Below, one piece after another: positions 9,736-21,280 of a stretch of DNA of 64,000 nucleotides (positions are counted from its first letter, which is position 1; each line of letters opens with the position of its first letter). The translations under genes and the position numbers were made by a program. A model generated the notes under the pieces. It had not been told where the DNA came from, ran no database searches, and worked only from the letters and a program-made list of their open reading frames with translations. Where the stretch lies: positions 96,001 to 160,000 of the forward strand of contig CAWBAT010000006.1 in NCBI GenBank assembly GCA_963786955.1, read 5' to 3'. Source of the DNA: an uncultured Acidimicrobiia bacterium. Its GTDB lineage: Bacteria > Acidobacteriota > Terriglobia > Versatilivoradales > Versatilivoraceae.

Positions 9736-12111
9736 ATGAAAATGAAACCAAACACACTGAAAACCATCATCGCTTCCCTCAGCCTCGCGCTGGGAGCGGT
9801 GTTCGCGTCAACGGCGGTAGCGCAGGAAATTCTGCCCTTCCCGCCCACCCCGTCTGCTTCCACGGCGGGACTGACGATGAAAGATTCCACCTACAAAAAG
9901 CGCGTCGAGCCGAAGCACCTGGCCGAAGGTGCACCGAACATTTTGATTATCCTGATGGACGACGTGGGACCGGGCACGCCCTCGACCTACGGCGGCGAGA
10001 TCAACACACCGACGCTCGACCGGGTGTCGAAGATGGGGATTTCTTTCAACCGTTTTCACTCCACCGCCATGTGCTCGCCCACGCGGGCTTCACTGCTCAC
10101 CGGGCGCAATCACACCTTTGTCGGCAATGGCCAGATCTCGGCGATTGCCAACGATTTTGACGGCTTCAGCGGGATCATCCCCAAGTCGTCAGCGACCGTC
10201 GCGGAAGTGCTCAAAGATTACGGCTACAACACCGGGGCCTGGGGCAAGTGGCACAACACACCCGAAGAGCAGATCACGGACAAAGGGCCGTTCGACTATT
10301 GGCCGACGGGTTATGGGTTCGAGTATTTCTATGGATTCCTCGCTGGTGAGGCCTCGCAGTATGAACCGACCCTGACGCGCAACACCACCCAGGTCACCGA
10401 AGAGAAACGAAAAGGCTACCACCTCACCGAGGACATCGCGGAGGACGCGGTTAAATGGCTCCGCGAACAGAAAGCCTACGCACCGGACAAGCCGTTCTTC
10501 ATATACTGGGCGCCGGGCGCTTCGCATGGCCCGCACCAGATCATGAAAGAGTGGGCCGACAAGTATAAGGGCAAGTTCGACGACGGCTGGGACAAGTACC
10601 GCGAGCGCACCTTCGCGCGGGCTAAAGCCATGGGCTGGATTCCGCAGAACGCGCAACTTACGCCGCGCCCCGCTTCCATGGCCTCCTGGGACTCCATCCC
10701 CGAGGCAGAGAGACCATTCCAGCGCCGCCTCATGGAGGTCTTCGCCGGGTTTACAGAGCACGCCGACTATAACGCCGGCCGGGTCATCGACGAGATCGAG
10801 AAGGAAGGCAAGCTGAACAATACATTGATCTTCTACATCTGGGGCGACAACGGCTCCTCCTCAGAGGGCCTGAACGGCACCATCAGCGAGCAACTGGCTC
10901 AGAACGGAATTCCGACCAAGATCTCGCAGCATATCGAGGCGTTGAATCAGCTCGGCGGCCTTGATGCTCTCGGCGGCCCCAAGACCGACAACATGTTCCA
11001 CGCCGGATGGGCGTGGGCGGGCAGCACTCCATACCAGGGCACCAAACTCATGGGTGCCTACTTCGGCGGCATCCGCCAGCCGATGGCCGTCGCCTGGCCG
11101 AACCGCATCAAGGCAGATCCGACGCCCCGGCCGCAGTTCCACCATGTCATCGACATTGTGCCGACGATCTACGAACTGACGAAGATCACGCCTCCACGCG
11201 TTGTCAACGGATTCGAACAGGACCCGATCGCCGGCGTCAGTATGGTCTATTCGTTTGGCGATCCCAAGGCAAAGGGCACGCGAACGACCCAGTTCTTTGA
11301 CATCATGGCCAGCCGCGGGATCTACCATGACGGCTGGTTCGCGAGCGCCCCGGGTCCGCGTGAGCCGTGGGTTAGCGGAATGCCGAAGGGAATTAAGGAA
11401 TGGTCGCCCCTGACGGACAAGTGGGAGCTCTACAACATTGATGAGGACTGGAGCCAGGCGAGCGACCTCGCCGCCACAAACCCCAAGAAACTCGAGGAGA
11501 TGAAGTTGCTCTTCCTGCTCGAATCCACCAAGAACAAGAACCTCCCCATTGGCGGCGGCATGTGGTCCACAGCCATGTTTCATCCGGAGGACGCTCCCGC
11601 ACCGTCCCTTACCGAATGGAGCTTTGATGCGCCTATTACCCGAATGCCGGAATCGGCTGCTCCCAAGCTGGGAAAGAATAGCAGCCTGGTGACCATGGAA
11701 TTGGACGTGCCGGCGAACGCGAACGGCGTGCTGTACGCGCTGGCTGGTTTTTCCGGAGGCGTTACGTGCTACATGAAGGACGGCGTCCTCAGTTACGAGT
11801 TCAACCTGTTCGAGGTGCAGCGCACGAAGATCAAGGCCAAGGACAAGCTGCCCTCAGGCAAAGTAAAAGTAGAGGTCGAATCGAAGCTGGCCGCCAAGAT
11901 CGGTGGGCCGATGGATGTCACGCTGAAGGTGAATGGCAACGTCGTGGCGCAGGGCCGGGTGCCGGCCGCCATGTCGCTCCACTTCACCTCCAATGCGACA
12001 TTCGATATCGGAGTCGACCTGGATTCACCTGTGTCGCTCGACTACTTCGACCAGGCGCCGTTTGCCTTCAATGGGACGATCGGTAAGACGAAGATCTCGT
12101 ATCTAAAGTAG
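9736..12111 (+). CDS. Secreted arylsulfatase (Cys-type)
   Basis: Signal peptide; PNILIILMDD, CSPTRASLLTGR, GKWH, GDNG. Confidence 0.95.
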   Translation: MKMKPNTLKTIIASLSLALGAVFASTAVAQEILPFPPTPSASTAGLTMKDSTYKKRVEPKHLAEGAPNILIILMDDVGPGTPSTYGGEINTPTLDRVSKMGISFNRFHSTAMCSPTRASLLTGRNHTFVGNGQISAIANDFDGFSGIIPKSSATVAEVLKDYGYNTGAWGKWHNTPEEQITDKGPFDYWPTGYGFEYFYGFLAGEASQYEPTLTRNTTQVTEEKRKGYHLTEDIAEDAVKWLREQKAYAPDKPFFIYWAPGASHGPHQIMKEWADKYKGKFDDGWDKYRERTFARAKAMGWIPQNAQLTPRPASMASWDSIPEAERPFQRRLMEVFAGFTEHADYNAGRVIDEIEKEGKLNNTLIFYIWGDNGSSSEGLNGTISEQLAQNGIPTKISQHIEALNQLGGLDALGGPKTDNMFHAGWAWAGSTPYQGTKLMGAYFGGIRQPMAVAWPNRIKADPTPRPQFHHVIDIVPTIYELTKITPPRVVNGFEQDPIAGVSMVYSFGDPKAKGTRTTQFFDIMASRGIYHDGWFASAPGPREPWVSGMPKGIKEWSPLTDKWELYNIDEDWSQASDLAATNPKKLEEMKLLFLLESTKNKNLPIGGGMWSTAMFHPEDAPAPSLTEWSFDAPITRMPESAAPKLGKNSSLVTMELDVPANANGVLYALAGFSGGVTCYMKDGVLSYEFNLFEVQRTKIKAKDKLPSGKVKVEVESKLAAKIGGPMDVTLKVNGNVVAQGRVPAAMSLHFTSNATFDIGVDLDSPVSLDYFDQAPFAFNGTIGKTKISYLK

Positions 12112-12225
12112 TGGCAATAATCCAAGGGTAGTTTATAAAACCGATCTGAAGCTCGCGGGCGACGGGCGCTCGAAGTGCTGTACCTGGAACGTTAGAACGG
12201 GGCGCTCAAGTAAAGGAGAAATAGG

Positions 12226-14625
12226 ATGAGAGTAAGAATGATGAAACTTGCGCTGCGTGGAACCCTAAAGATGGCCGTGGTCATCGCGGTGGTGATATCA
12301 CTTGTAACACCATCCTTCTTGCTGGCCCAGACGTCCGCCAGACCCAACGACGGCTCTGTCCTTCCATTCCCGTCGGCCCCTTCGGCTAGTACCGCCGGTG
12401 AAAGCCTGGCGGAAAGTAAGCACGTACGCCGGACGGAAGCCAACCACTTGCCTAAGGCTGCCCCCAATATTGTAGTCATATTGATGGATGATGTTGGCTT
12501 TGGTACGCCTTCTACGTTTGGCGGTGAGATCAATACACCAACGCTATCGAGGGTTTACAACGAGGGTATTGCTTATAACGAATTTCACACGACCTCAATC
12601 TGTTCTCCCACCCGCGCCGCTCTTTTGACCGGGCGCAATCATACACGGGTAGGCAATGGTACCATTGCGGAGAGAGCTGTGGATTGGGATGGCTATGTTG
12701 GCGTGATGCCCAAAGAGGCCGCTACGGTTGCCGAAGTATTGAAAGATTACGGTTACAGCACTTCGGCATTTGGAAAATGGCACAACACTCCCGCCACCCA
12801 AACCACCAATGCGGGGCCATACGATTATTGGCCCAATGGCTATGGCTTCCAGCATTTTTATGGCTTCCTTTCAGGCGAAGTGACGCAATACGAACCAGGG
12901 CTGGTCGAAAACTACAACCAGGTGGAATTGCCTAAAAACGAAAAATACCATCTTTCAACTGACCTCGCCGACCACGCGATCACGTGGCTAAACCAACACC
13001 GGTCCTATCAGGCTGACAAACCGTTCCTTCTCTATTTTGCTCCGGGCGCAGGTCATGGCCCGCACCATATCTTCAAAGAATGGGCGGATAAGTACAAAGG
13101 CAAATTCGATGATGGCTGGGACGACTACCGCGAGAGAGTATTTAAACGCCAAAAAGCGATGGGTTGGATACCGGCCAGCGCACAACTTACATCACGAGAT
13201 AAAACCATGCCAGGCTGGGACAGCATCCCCGAAGCGCAAAGACCGTTCCAGCGACGGTTGATGGAAGTATTTGCCGGCTTTGTAGAACATGCTGATGCTC
13301 AGATTGGCCGGGTATTAGATGCTATCGAAGCCAATGGTCAAAAAGATAACACGATGGTTATCTTTATCTGGGGAGACAACGGTTCGAGTGCCGAAGGGCA
13401 AAACGGTTCGATCAGTGAACTGCTGGCGCAAAACAATATTCCGAATACCATCGAACAGCAAATGGCCGCGCTCGATAAGATGGGTGGATTGGATGTCCTG
13501 GGTACGAGTCTGACAGACAATATGTATCACGCGGGCTGGGCATGGGCCGGCAATACGCCCTTCAAGCATACGAAGCTCATCGCATCGCATTTTGGCGGTA
13601 CCCGCAATCCGATGGTCATCGCGTGGCCCGGTCATATCACACCCGACAAAACGCCGCGTGCGCAGTTTTCTCACGTGAACGACATTGTGCCCACTATCTA
13701 TGATGTGTTGGGCATCACCCCGCCGAAAGTTGTGAACGGATTTCCGCAGATGAAGATCGATGGCATCAGCCTGAAATATACGTTCAACACTGCTAAGGCG
13801 CCGCCGGCGGCCAAGACACAATTCTTCGATAACAACGGCAGCCGCGGCATCTATCACGATGGCTGGTACGCCTGCACGTTCGGTCCGCTTTTCCCCTGGA
13901 TACCCGCACAAGCGGGGCTCGACAAATGGGATTCGAAAAAAAACGTGTGGGAACTTTACAACCTGAATGATGACTACTCTCAATTCAACGATCTGGCAGC
14001 CAAAGAGCCCGCACGGCTAAAGAAAATGAAGGCTCTATTCCTGAAACAGGCAAAAGACAACTTGGATTTGCCGATTGGCGCCGGCATCTGGCTAAGACTC
14101 CATCCGGAAGATGTGCAGAGGTCTCCTTACAACAGCTGGGTCTTTGATGAGAGCACCAGACGGATGCCTGAATTCGCCGCTCCGGGTCTTGGTAAGAGAA
14201 GCAATAAGGTCGTTGTTGATGTGAATGTGCCGGCCAATGCAAACGGAGTGCTCTACGCACTGGGCGGTGCGGGTGCGGGGCTTACGGTGTTTATGGAGAA
14301 CGGCAAGCTGGTGTACGAGTACAACATGATGATCATCGAGCGGTACACCATAGAAAGCAACGCAGCGATTACCCCCGGCAGACACCAGATCGAGGTCACC
14401 TCGATCATTCCCAAGCCCATGGGCCCCGGCGATATCACCATCAAGGTGGATGGCGTGGAAGTGGTGAAAGGAACAGTGAAACGTACAGTTCCGGCCGCTT
14501 TCAGCGCCAGCGAAAGTTTTGACGTGGGTCTTGATATGGGCGCTCCTGTGTCGCTCCGCTATCACAAGAAAGCACCATTTAAATTCAATGGAAAGATCTA
14601 CACCGTGAAAGTGAATCTACTGTAA
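12226..14625 (+). CDS. Secreted arylsulfatase (Cys-type), paralog of previous gene
   Basis: PNIVVILMDD, CSPTRAALLTGR, GKWH, GDNG; colinear with 9736..12111. Confidence 0.95.
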   Translation: MRVRMMKLALRGTLKMAVVIAVVISLVTPSFLLAQTSARPNDGSVLPFPSAPSASTAGESLAESKHVRRTEANHLPKAAPNIVVILMDDVGFGTPSTFGGEINTPTLSRVYNEGIAYNEFHTTSICSPTRAALLTGRNHTRVGNGTIAERAVDWDGYVGVMPKEAATVAEVLKDYGYSTSAFGKWHNTPATQTTNAGPYDYWPNGYGFQHFYGFLSGEVTQYEPGLVENYNQVELPKNEKYHLSTDLADHAITWLNQHRSYQADKPFLLYFAPGAGHGPHHIFKEWADKYKGKFDDGWDDYRERVFKRQKAMGWIPASAQLTSRDKTMPGWDSIPEAQRPFQRRLMEVFAGFVEHADAQIGRVLDAIEANGQKDNTMVIFIWGDNGSSAEGQNGSISELLAQNNIPNTIEQQMAALDKMGGLDVLGTSLTDNMYHAGWAWAGNTPFKHTKLIASHFGGTRNPMVIAWPGHITPDKTPRAQFSHVNDIVPTIYDVLGITPPKVVNGFPQMKIDGISLKYTFNTAKAPPAAKTQFFDNNGSRGIYHDGWYACTFGPLFPWIPAQAGLDKWDSKKNVWELYNLNDDYSQFNDLAAKEPARLKKMKALFLKQAKDNLDLPIGAGIWLRLHPEDVQRSPYNSWVFDESTRRMPEFAAPGLGKRSNKVVVDVNVPANANGVLYALGGAGAGLTVFMENGKLVYEYNMMIIERYTIESNAAITPGRHQIEVTSIIPKPMGPGDITIKVDGVEVVKGTVKRTVPAAFSASESFDVGLDMGAPVSLRYHKKAPFKFNGKIYTVKVNLL

Positions 14626-14944
14626 ACCGGCTGCCTATGTGTGGCTGTCGCCAAATGCGAACGCAGACCAGCGAGTGCAGGAGGTGACGGCCTCACAACA
14701 GGCAATGAAGCCGACGCGTTTCAGAATCGTTTCTGGAGGTGAGATTGTGAGATTCCTCATAAGAACAACTCCGCGAGTTTGGGCAGCCGGTCCGCTTCTC
14801 TGTCAACCGCAGTATAACGCCCGCAGCGTTTTCGGCGCACCGCACCGGACGATCCGCTTTAGCAGGGCAATTCTAGCACCGGGAAATAAAGACCGTTTTG
14901 ACTGAGTTGAACAAATTTTAACAAATAAAAAGGAGAAACAAATC

Positions 14945-15388
14945 ATGAAGACACTTACAATAATCGCCGTCCTGCTGGCTTCGCTTACGTCCGTGGTGAC
15001 CGCGGCGGACCGCAAGGGTGGGGCCAACATCCAGGAAACCACCAACACCATCAATGACTGCGAGAAGAGGACAAACAAGTTCAGAAAGACTCTGGACAAA
15101 GCCTTGGCTAGAGACAATGTTCGAGCCGGCCAGGGGCGGGAAGATCAACTCAACAATGATGCCAACCGCCTTGAAAACCAATTGGACAAGGTCGGCGACT
15201 CCTGGAACAAAAACCACAGCATAGACCAGACCCGGCAGCATGTTAGCGTCGCAATCGCAATCGCAAACGATATCAACAAGGCGATGCGCAACTGGAAAAT
15301 GGGTGGCGATGCAGAGTCCGAATGGGCTGCGATACGCGGGGAACTGAACCGTCTCGCGCAGACGTTTGGGGTCCCGAAAATCCGCTAA
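14945..15388 (+). CDS. Secreted helical hypothetical protein
   Basis: AAGGAG RBS, signal peptide MKTLTIIAVLLASLTSVVTA, amphipathic helices. Confidence 0.75.
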   Translation: MKTLTIIAVLLASLTSVVTAADRKGGANIQETTNTINDCEKRTNKFRKTLDKALARDNVRAGQGREDQLNNDANRLENQLDKVGDSWNKNHSIDQTRQHVSVAIAIANDINKAMRNWKMGGDAESEWAAIRGELNRLAQTFGVPKIR

Positions 15389-15394
15389 CTTGTA

Positions 15395-15437
15395 GCCGAC
15401 TGCGTCGAGGCTGAGATCTTCGCAGAACGCAGTCGGC
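15395..15437. terminator. Hairpin downstream of 14945..15388 (terminator or REP)
   Basis: GCCGACTGCGT..ACGCAGTCGGC perfect 11-bp stem; no U tract. Confidence 0.4.
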
Positions 15438-15591
15438 GTAAGGCAGGAGGTTTCAAATGGCATCGCCCGGGGAAAGATGGATCAGTGGCCGCTGAAAGGT
15501 TCTGCGTCAGGCCCACTCGACTGATCGCGACAGCAGGAGGACTTGCGTAGTTTCCGCGGTGTTAGTATTCTTAAGAGGGAGGGAAGTACTT

Positions 15592-15789
15592 ATGGTTCAT
15601 ATCACTGTTGCTCTCCCTGAGGACCATTTGCAAAAGTTGGAAGAGATTGCAGCACGCTTCAACGTTTCTCCGGAGACACTCGTTCGTGTCAGTGTCGAGG
15701 AATTGTTGGCCAAACCTGACGAGAGTTTCCAAAACGCTATAGATTATGTCCTGAAGAAGAACGCGGAACTTTATCGTCGGCTGGCATAA
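15592..15789 (+). CDS. Putative antitoxin (RHH-like DNA-binding protein)
   Basis: 65 aa, MVHITVALPEDHLQKL.., C-terminal KNAELYRRLA; overlaps Doc start (TAATG). Confidence 0.8.
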   Translation: MVHITVALPEDHLQKLEEIAARFNVSPETLVRVSVEELLAKPDESFQNAIDYVLKKNAELYRRLA

Positions 15790-16181
15790 TGCGCTTCCTC
15801 ACGCTAAGCGAAGTACTCGAGCTTCATCGCCGAGTGGCGGAGCCGTCTGGCGGCCTGATGGGGATTCGAGATTTGGGTGGGTTGGAATCTTCTCTGGCTC
15901 AGCCACGTATGACTTTTGGCGGTGCAGATCTCTATCCGAATCTTATCGAAAAGGCTTCGGCATTAGGTTTTTCAATCATCCAGAACCACCCTTTTGTCGA
16001 CGGGAATAAACGCACCGCCCATGCAGCGATGGAGACCTTCCTTATTTTGAATGGGTCCGAAATCCGGGCCGACCTGCACGAACAAGAGACAACTATTATC
16101 CAGCTGGCTTCCGGAACCATCAGTCGGGAAGACTTCGCCAATTGGCTTCGGAAACATGTCGTTCAAAGAGGGATAAGCTAA
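15789..16181 (+). CDS. doc: Fic/Doc-family (death-on-curing) toxin
   Basis: GIRDLGGLESSLAQP and HPFVDGNKRTA Fic/Doc motif. Confidence 0.9.
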   Translation: MRFLTLSEVLELHRRVAEPSGGLMGIRDLGGLESSLAQPRMTFGGADLYPNLIEKASALGFSIIQNHPFVDGNKRTAHAAMETFLILNGSEIRADLHEQETTIIQLASGTISREDFANWLRKHVVQRGIS

Positions 16182-16427
16182 ACAGCGCTACAGGGCGTAA
16201 GCGAGATGTGCAACCTCGGACGACAGGCGGGAACGCCTGTCGCCGCAACAAGTAGTAGCAACAGGTCTTCAGATCTGTTGTCCCGGGGCCAGCGGCTCCG
16301 GCTGCAACTAAACCTTCCAGCACTGGAAAGCTGAATTTCCGCACATCCCAGAAAAAGACCTTACCGGTGAGTCGTGCTTATGCAAGAATTGAGACTGCAA
16401 TCTTGGAAAGGTCCACCTCTCGTTTCG

Positions 16428-17599
16428 ATGCCTCACAATCCAATCCCATTAGCAAATTCAATACTCGGCGTTTCTCCCTCGAAAATTAGGGAGCTTGCCA
16501 ATATAGCGTTCGGAATGGACGGGGTGCTGCGTCTTTATTTCGGCGAATCGAACGCACCGACACCGCCATTCATTAAAGACGCGGCAATCACTGCATTGCA
16601 GGAAGGCTATACATTTTACACCCACAACGCGGGTCTGCAAGCCTTCGCCAGGCGATTGCTGATAAATATCAAGAACTTCATTCAGTCCATTTAGATCCTG
16701 CTTCGGAAGTCGTCGTCACGGCTTCTGGAGTTCAGGCGCTCAACGTGACGATCCGCTGCCTTCTCGATCCTGGTGATGAAGCGATCATTCTGACTCCGGC
16801 CTGGCCGAATGCCACTTCCATCGTTCAGATGTGCTCCGCTCTTCCTCTTGAAATTCCGCTTCACTCCAAGGCGAACGCTATGCAATCGATTTTGGCCTGT
16901 TGCGAAAAAGCTTGACCTCTAAGACTCGCCTTCTTATTTACACTTCCCCATCAAACCCATTAGGCTGGGTTGCCAGCCTCTCAGATCAGCGTAACCTGCT
17001 TTCATTTTGCCGTGAAAACAATCTCTGGTTGTTGGCCGATGAGGTCTATGAACGCCTCTACTATGAGGGAACGGTAGCCCCCTCAATCCTGAGACTCTGC
17101 AATCGCGACATACGCCGTGGTCGTGGTCAACTCCTTTTCGAAAACCTATTGCATGACGGGATGGCGTCTCGGTTGGTTGGTGGCGCCCCAAAAACTGGCT
17201 TCAAAGACGACGGAAATGAATGAATTTATCATTTCACATGCTCCTTCCATGGTTCAACGGGCAGGAGAAGTTGCCTTGCGAGAAGGCGAGAATGCAATTA
17301 GGGAGATGGTCCGGGAACTCCAGAAGAAGAGAGACTTCTGCCAGCAAGCATTGAAATCGATGCGCGGCGTCATTTTACCCAAGCCAGAGGGTGCCTTTTA
17401 TCTCTTCCCGAAGATCCTTGGACTGATCGATTCTTTTGAGTTTTGCCGTCAATTATTATTGAAAAAAAAGGTTGGGATTGCTCCAGGTGTGGCCTTTGGC
17501 GCCGGAGGAGAAGGGTACATTCGGATTTGTTACGCTGCCGACCGGACTGTCCTTGAGCCCGCAATGGAACGATTAGCTGAATTCCTGGAGAATTGGTAA
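16428..17599 (+). CDS. PLP-dependent class I/II aminotransferase (several frameshifts)
   Basis: FGES, YTHNAG, SPSNPLG, DEVYE, NSFSKTYCMTGWRLG, YIRICYA across ORFs 16374, 16900, 17117. Confidence 0.9.
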
Positions 17600-17730
17600 T
17601 CAATCGATCATGCCGATAATTTTCGAATTCGGTTTGTCAAAGGAGCCTCTCGTTCTGAATACCCGTCACCTGGTCCAGACGGACCACCATTTCCCCCAAG
17701 GGAGAATTCAATTTGTTAATTCTATTTTTT

Positions 17731-17870
17731 CTATAAACAGGGTGCCCCGCTGGGGCTGGGACGGACGTCGCTCATAGAGCGCCGCTACAGGGGCGGAGGG
17801 TAAACGACCACCCCTCCTCGTTGCCCTTCGCCCACGAACTTTCCCCTCCATAGCAAAAGAGGGAATATAA
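17731..17870. repeat. REP-like cluster
   Basis: Reverse copy of the 2057 REP (GCTCATAGAGCGCCGCTACA) plus CCCCTCC-family palindromes. Confidence 0.7.
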
Positions 17871-18107
17871 AAGTGCATCGTGATTGATCCCCTGCCGATT
17901 CCCCCTAACAACGCTCGCGCAAATTCGTAACGGGTTGACACACTGTCCGCAATTCAGAGGACAAGGTCCACCATCTCTTAGTTTGTTCTCATCACTGCGC
18001 ACGGGGTGAATTTCCGTAAGGAATGATGCTACTATTCTGGCGGTATTCGGGATTCATCAGTTGCAGGCTCATTTCATCCGATCTGATTGGAGGTTTTTTA
18101 AAAGCAT

Positions 18108-19468
18108 ATGAAAGAGGCACTCAAGAAGTATCTGGATCGTCGCGATTTATTTAAGTTCGCAGGCAAGACGGCGACTGGTGTTGGCTTAGCCAGTTTCTTT
18201 GCGACAAGCGAAGACATTGAAGCTGCGATGCAAAACGTCAGCAGAAACTCAAACCTACCGAACTGAAAATTACTGACATGCGCGTGGCTGTAGTGGCTAA
18301 ATCGCCCATGAATTGCCCCATCATCCGGATTGATACGAATCAGGATATCTATGGCCTGGGAGAAGTTCGCGACGGAGCCGACCCAAATTACGCTCTCATA
18401 CTGAAGAGCCGCATACTCGGCGAGAATCCCTGCAATGTCGAGAAAGTTTTCCGCAAGATCAAACAATTTGGCGGCCACGCCCGTCAGGCGGGTGGAGTCT
18501 GTGCAGTGGAAATGGCGCTCTGGGATCTGGCGGGTAAAGCCTACAACGTTCCCGCCTATCAATTGCTGGGTGGAAAATACCGGGACAAAATCCGCTGTTA
18601 TGCCGACACGGAGGAAGCTAAAGATCCTAAAGTAACGGCCCATCGGATGAAAGAACGAATGGCCAAGGGTTTCACTTTCGTCAAGACAGACTTCGGAGTC
18701 AGTCTCATTTCCGATGTTCCAGGCACATTGACCGAGCCAAAGGGCGTAGATAATGTTGACTTGGAGCACCCTTTCACAGGCATTGAGTTGACGGACAAGG
18801 GAATTGCTCTGCTGGCTGATTATGTGGGACAGGTTCGAGAAATTATCGGGATGGAGATCCCGTTGGCGGGAGATCACTTTGGTCATATCGGAGTCAACAG
18901 TTGCATCCGTCTGGCCCGAGCGCTCGAGAAATACAACATGGCCTGGTTGGAAGATATGATTCCCTGGTTTTACACGGACTTGTTGAAGAAAATCACCGAT
19001 TCCGTCGACGTCCCAATTCTAACGGGAGAGGATATTTATCTGAAGGAAGGATTTGCCAAATTGGTAGAAGCTCACGCCGTCGATATGATCCAGCCGGATC
19101 TGGCGACTTCCGGGGGATTGTTAGAGACGAAAAAAATCGGGGATTATGCCGAGGAACATGGCGTTGCCATGGCCATGCATTTTGCAGGAACTCCGGTATC
19201 GTGTATGGCCAATGTCCATTGTGCCGCTGCCACTCGAAACTTCGTGGCTCTCGAGAACCATTCCGTGGATGTTCCCTGGTGGGACGATCTGGTGAACGGG
19301 ATACCCAAACCCATTTTGCAGAACGGATTCATCACTGTTCCGGAAGGCCCAGGGCTGGGAGTGACCCTCAATGAAGAGGTTGTCAAACAGCACCTGCTCG
19401 TACCCGGCTATTTTGAGCCGACGCCGCAGTGGAACAAGGAAAGCAGTCACGATCGGCTTTGGAGTTAG
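18108..19468 (+). CDS. Mandelate racemase/muconate lactonizing (enolase superfamily) enzyme with Tat signal (frameshift near 18260)
   Basis: DRRDLFKF twin-arginine leader; EMALWDLAGK, WLED, TGEDIY, LENHSVD. Confidence 0.88.
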
Positions 19469-19485
19469 ACCGGCTCGGAGCGATT

Positions 19486-19895
19486 GTAGATAAGCGGCGT
19501 CGCAGAGTCTGCCCTCAAGGTATGATTCATTTGGCGGGTCGAATTCCTGCGAGACCGGATCACCGATGTAGTAGGGACAGGCCTCCCGGCCTGTCCAGTG
19601 GCTGAAAGCCACCTCTGGCCACGCAACAGCGTTGCTCGACAGGCCAGGAGGCCTGTCGCTACCAAGCTGGCGTCGCAAGGCTCCACCCTGCAAACAATCC
19701 CAATCATGTAGGATCTAGTTTCTGTGACCGGCCTCGGAAACTCCTGATCAGAAAGCCCACGATTGCCGTACGAAGCACGTCAATCGTGGCTTCCAGAAAT
19801 CCACTCTGTAGGCCGGGTCACCCGACCCGGCGTTTAATCGTCCATAAGCGAGATCGCCGCTGAGGTTAGGCTTTGAGACACGCGAAGCCTACAAC
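19486..19895. repeat. REP/BIME-like cluster between convergent genes
   Basis: GTAGGGACAGGCCTCCCGGCCTGTCC..GACAGGCCAGGAGGCCTGTCGCTAC doublet; TGTAGGCCGGGTCACCCGACCCGGCG also at about 34507. Confidence 0.75.
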
Positions 19896-19914
19896 AGATA
19901 TTCAAACCGGTCTT

Positions 19915-21022
19915 TCAATCCGGGACTATCTTTATCTCGGCTCCAAACTTCCGGTATTTCTTGAATTCAATCACATTTTTGGTCTGAATTTTTGTTGCGC
20001 CTTCCGCCAGGATGACTTCGGCGTGCACAGGCAACCAGTACTTGATTCCCGCGATTTCTGCCAGGTCATAATCTACTGAACTTTCAGCTCGCGTGACCGG
20101 GAAGCTTAACGGAATATTCATGGCTTTGCTCTCAAGCCGCACGACGTTATGGGAGGCGGGATCCACCCAGCATCGTCCTCGATAAGCTGCGACAATGGTG
20201 CGCTCTTTGTTATAAGTGATCGTATACTTCGAATTTTCGAGACGACACTTGAAACCCAACCGAACCGTTTCATGGCCATTGCTCTGGTCAGCCCCTTCGA
20301 GACGAAAGTTGGCATTCGTTGAAGGGTCGAATAATTCGCGCAGCGAAGTTCCGAACTCCCCGGTCGACGTGGTTCCTGACATTTTTTCAATGGTCATGTC
20401 GGTCGCAATCTTGTTGGAAACTGTCAATACCTTGTAGTGTTCACGCCCATCATAATAGGATAGTTCCGCCACGAAATTATCCTCCTGCCGCCATCCCCCG
20501 GGAAGAAAACGAACAAACCTTTGAGTAATCTGGGTGCAAATAAAATTCGGCAATTGCTCGGTATAGCCTAATGCTTTCCCGCGGGTGTTCTTCGAGGAAC
20601 TCGGGCCATTCTGATTCCGAGATCGGAGGCAGAAATCTTTCCGATTTCCGCTGGTTGTAGTGCTGGAAGGCACATTTCTATTTTGGGGAGAATCTTTCGG
20701 CGCCTGCGGAGTCCCCGGAACGAAATCTTTCCCTTTATTACGAATCTGCCGCAAGGTCTCAATGATGGCGACGTCGGCTTCCCGTGCCTTCAATTCCACC
20801 AGGAAGACATCTGTCACAGAGAACTTGACTCCTCGAAGTTGGATCAGCTCGACAACCCGGTTGACTGGGAGCTCCCCGAGACGCGATGAAGTGACTAACG
20901 ACAAGACTTCGTCTTCACTGAGCGGCTGTTTGGGCTGTTCCTGACTCGCCATGAAAGGCATACCCGCACAACAAAACCAGGATCACCGTCCCGCTGACAA
21001 TCTTGCTAAATAAATTTCTCAT
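19915..21022 (-). CDS. Exported hypothetical protein (frameshifted near 5' end)
   Basis: Signal-like MRNLFSKIVSGTVILVLLC in ORF 20915..21127 joins ORF 19915..20961 (LPNFICTQ, STGEFG, GRCWVDP, YWLP). Confidence 0.65.
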
Positions 21023-21280
21023 GGACCTTTTCTGGGAAGCAGATCGAGAGTTCGAACAGAAGGCCCGCCCGTAAGACACATCATATTTTGACATCACTTG
21101 CCGTATCTTGGAATCATATTTCAACAATTCCGAATCCGGAAGTTGAGTCAGGGCTCTTTTACTTTGGGCTGTATTGTCGAGTGCTCTTCAAACACTCCAA
21201 AGGAGGGAAATATTCCGGTGGTAGGCGAGCGTGGGATGAAGCAATGATCCAACGATTAAGGGATCGTTGGCTCGCTTCAA

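Noticed and set aside
9808-14565. Long antisense and alternate-frame ORFs over the sulfatases (also over GH38, ppdK, nuo)
   Set aside because: Shadow ORFs expected from GC-rich codon bias
15592-16181. TA pair as a novel defence system
   Set aside because: Ordinary antitoxin-Doc arrangement with canonical motif
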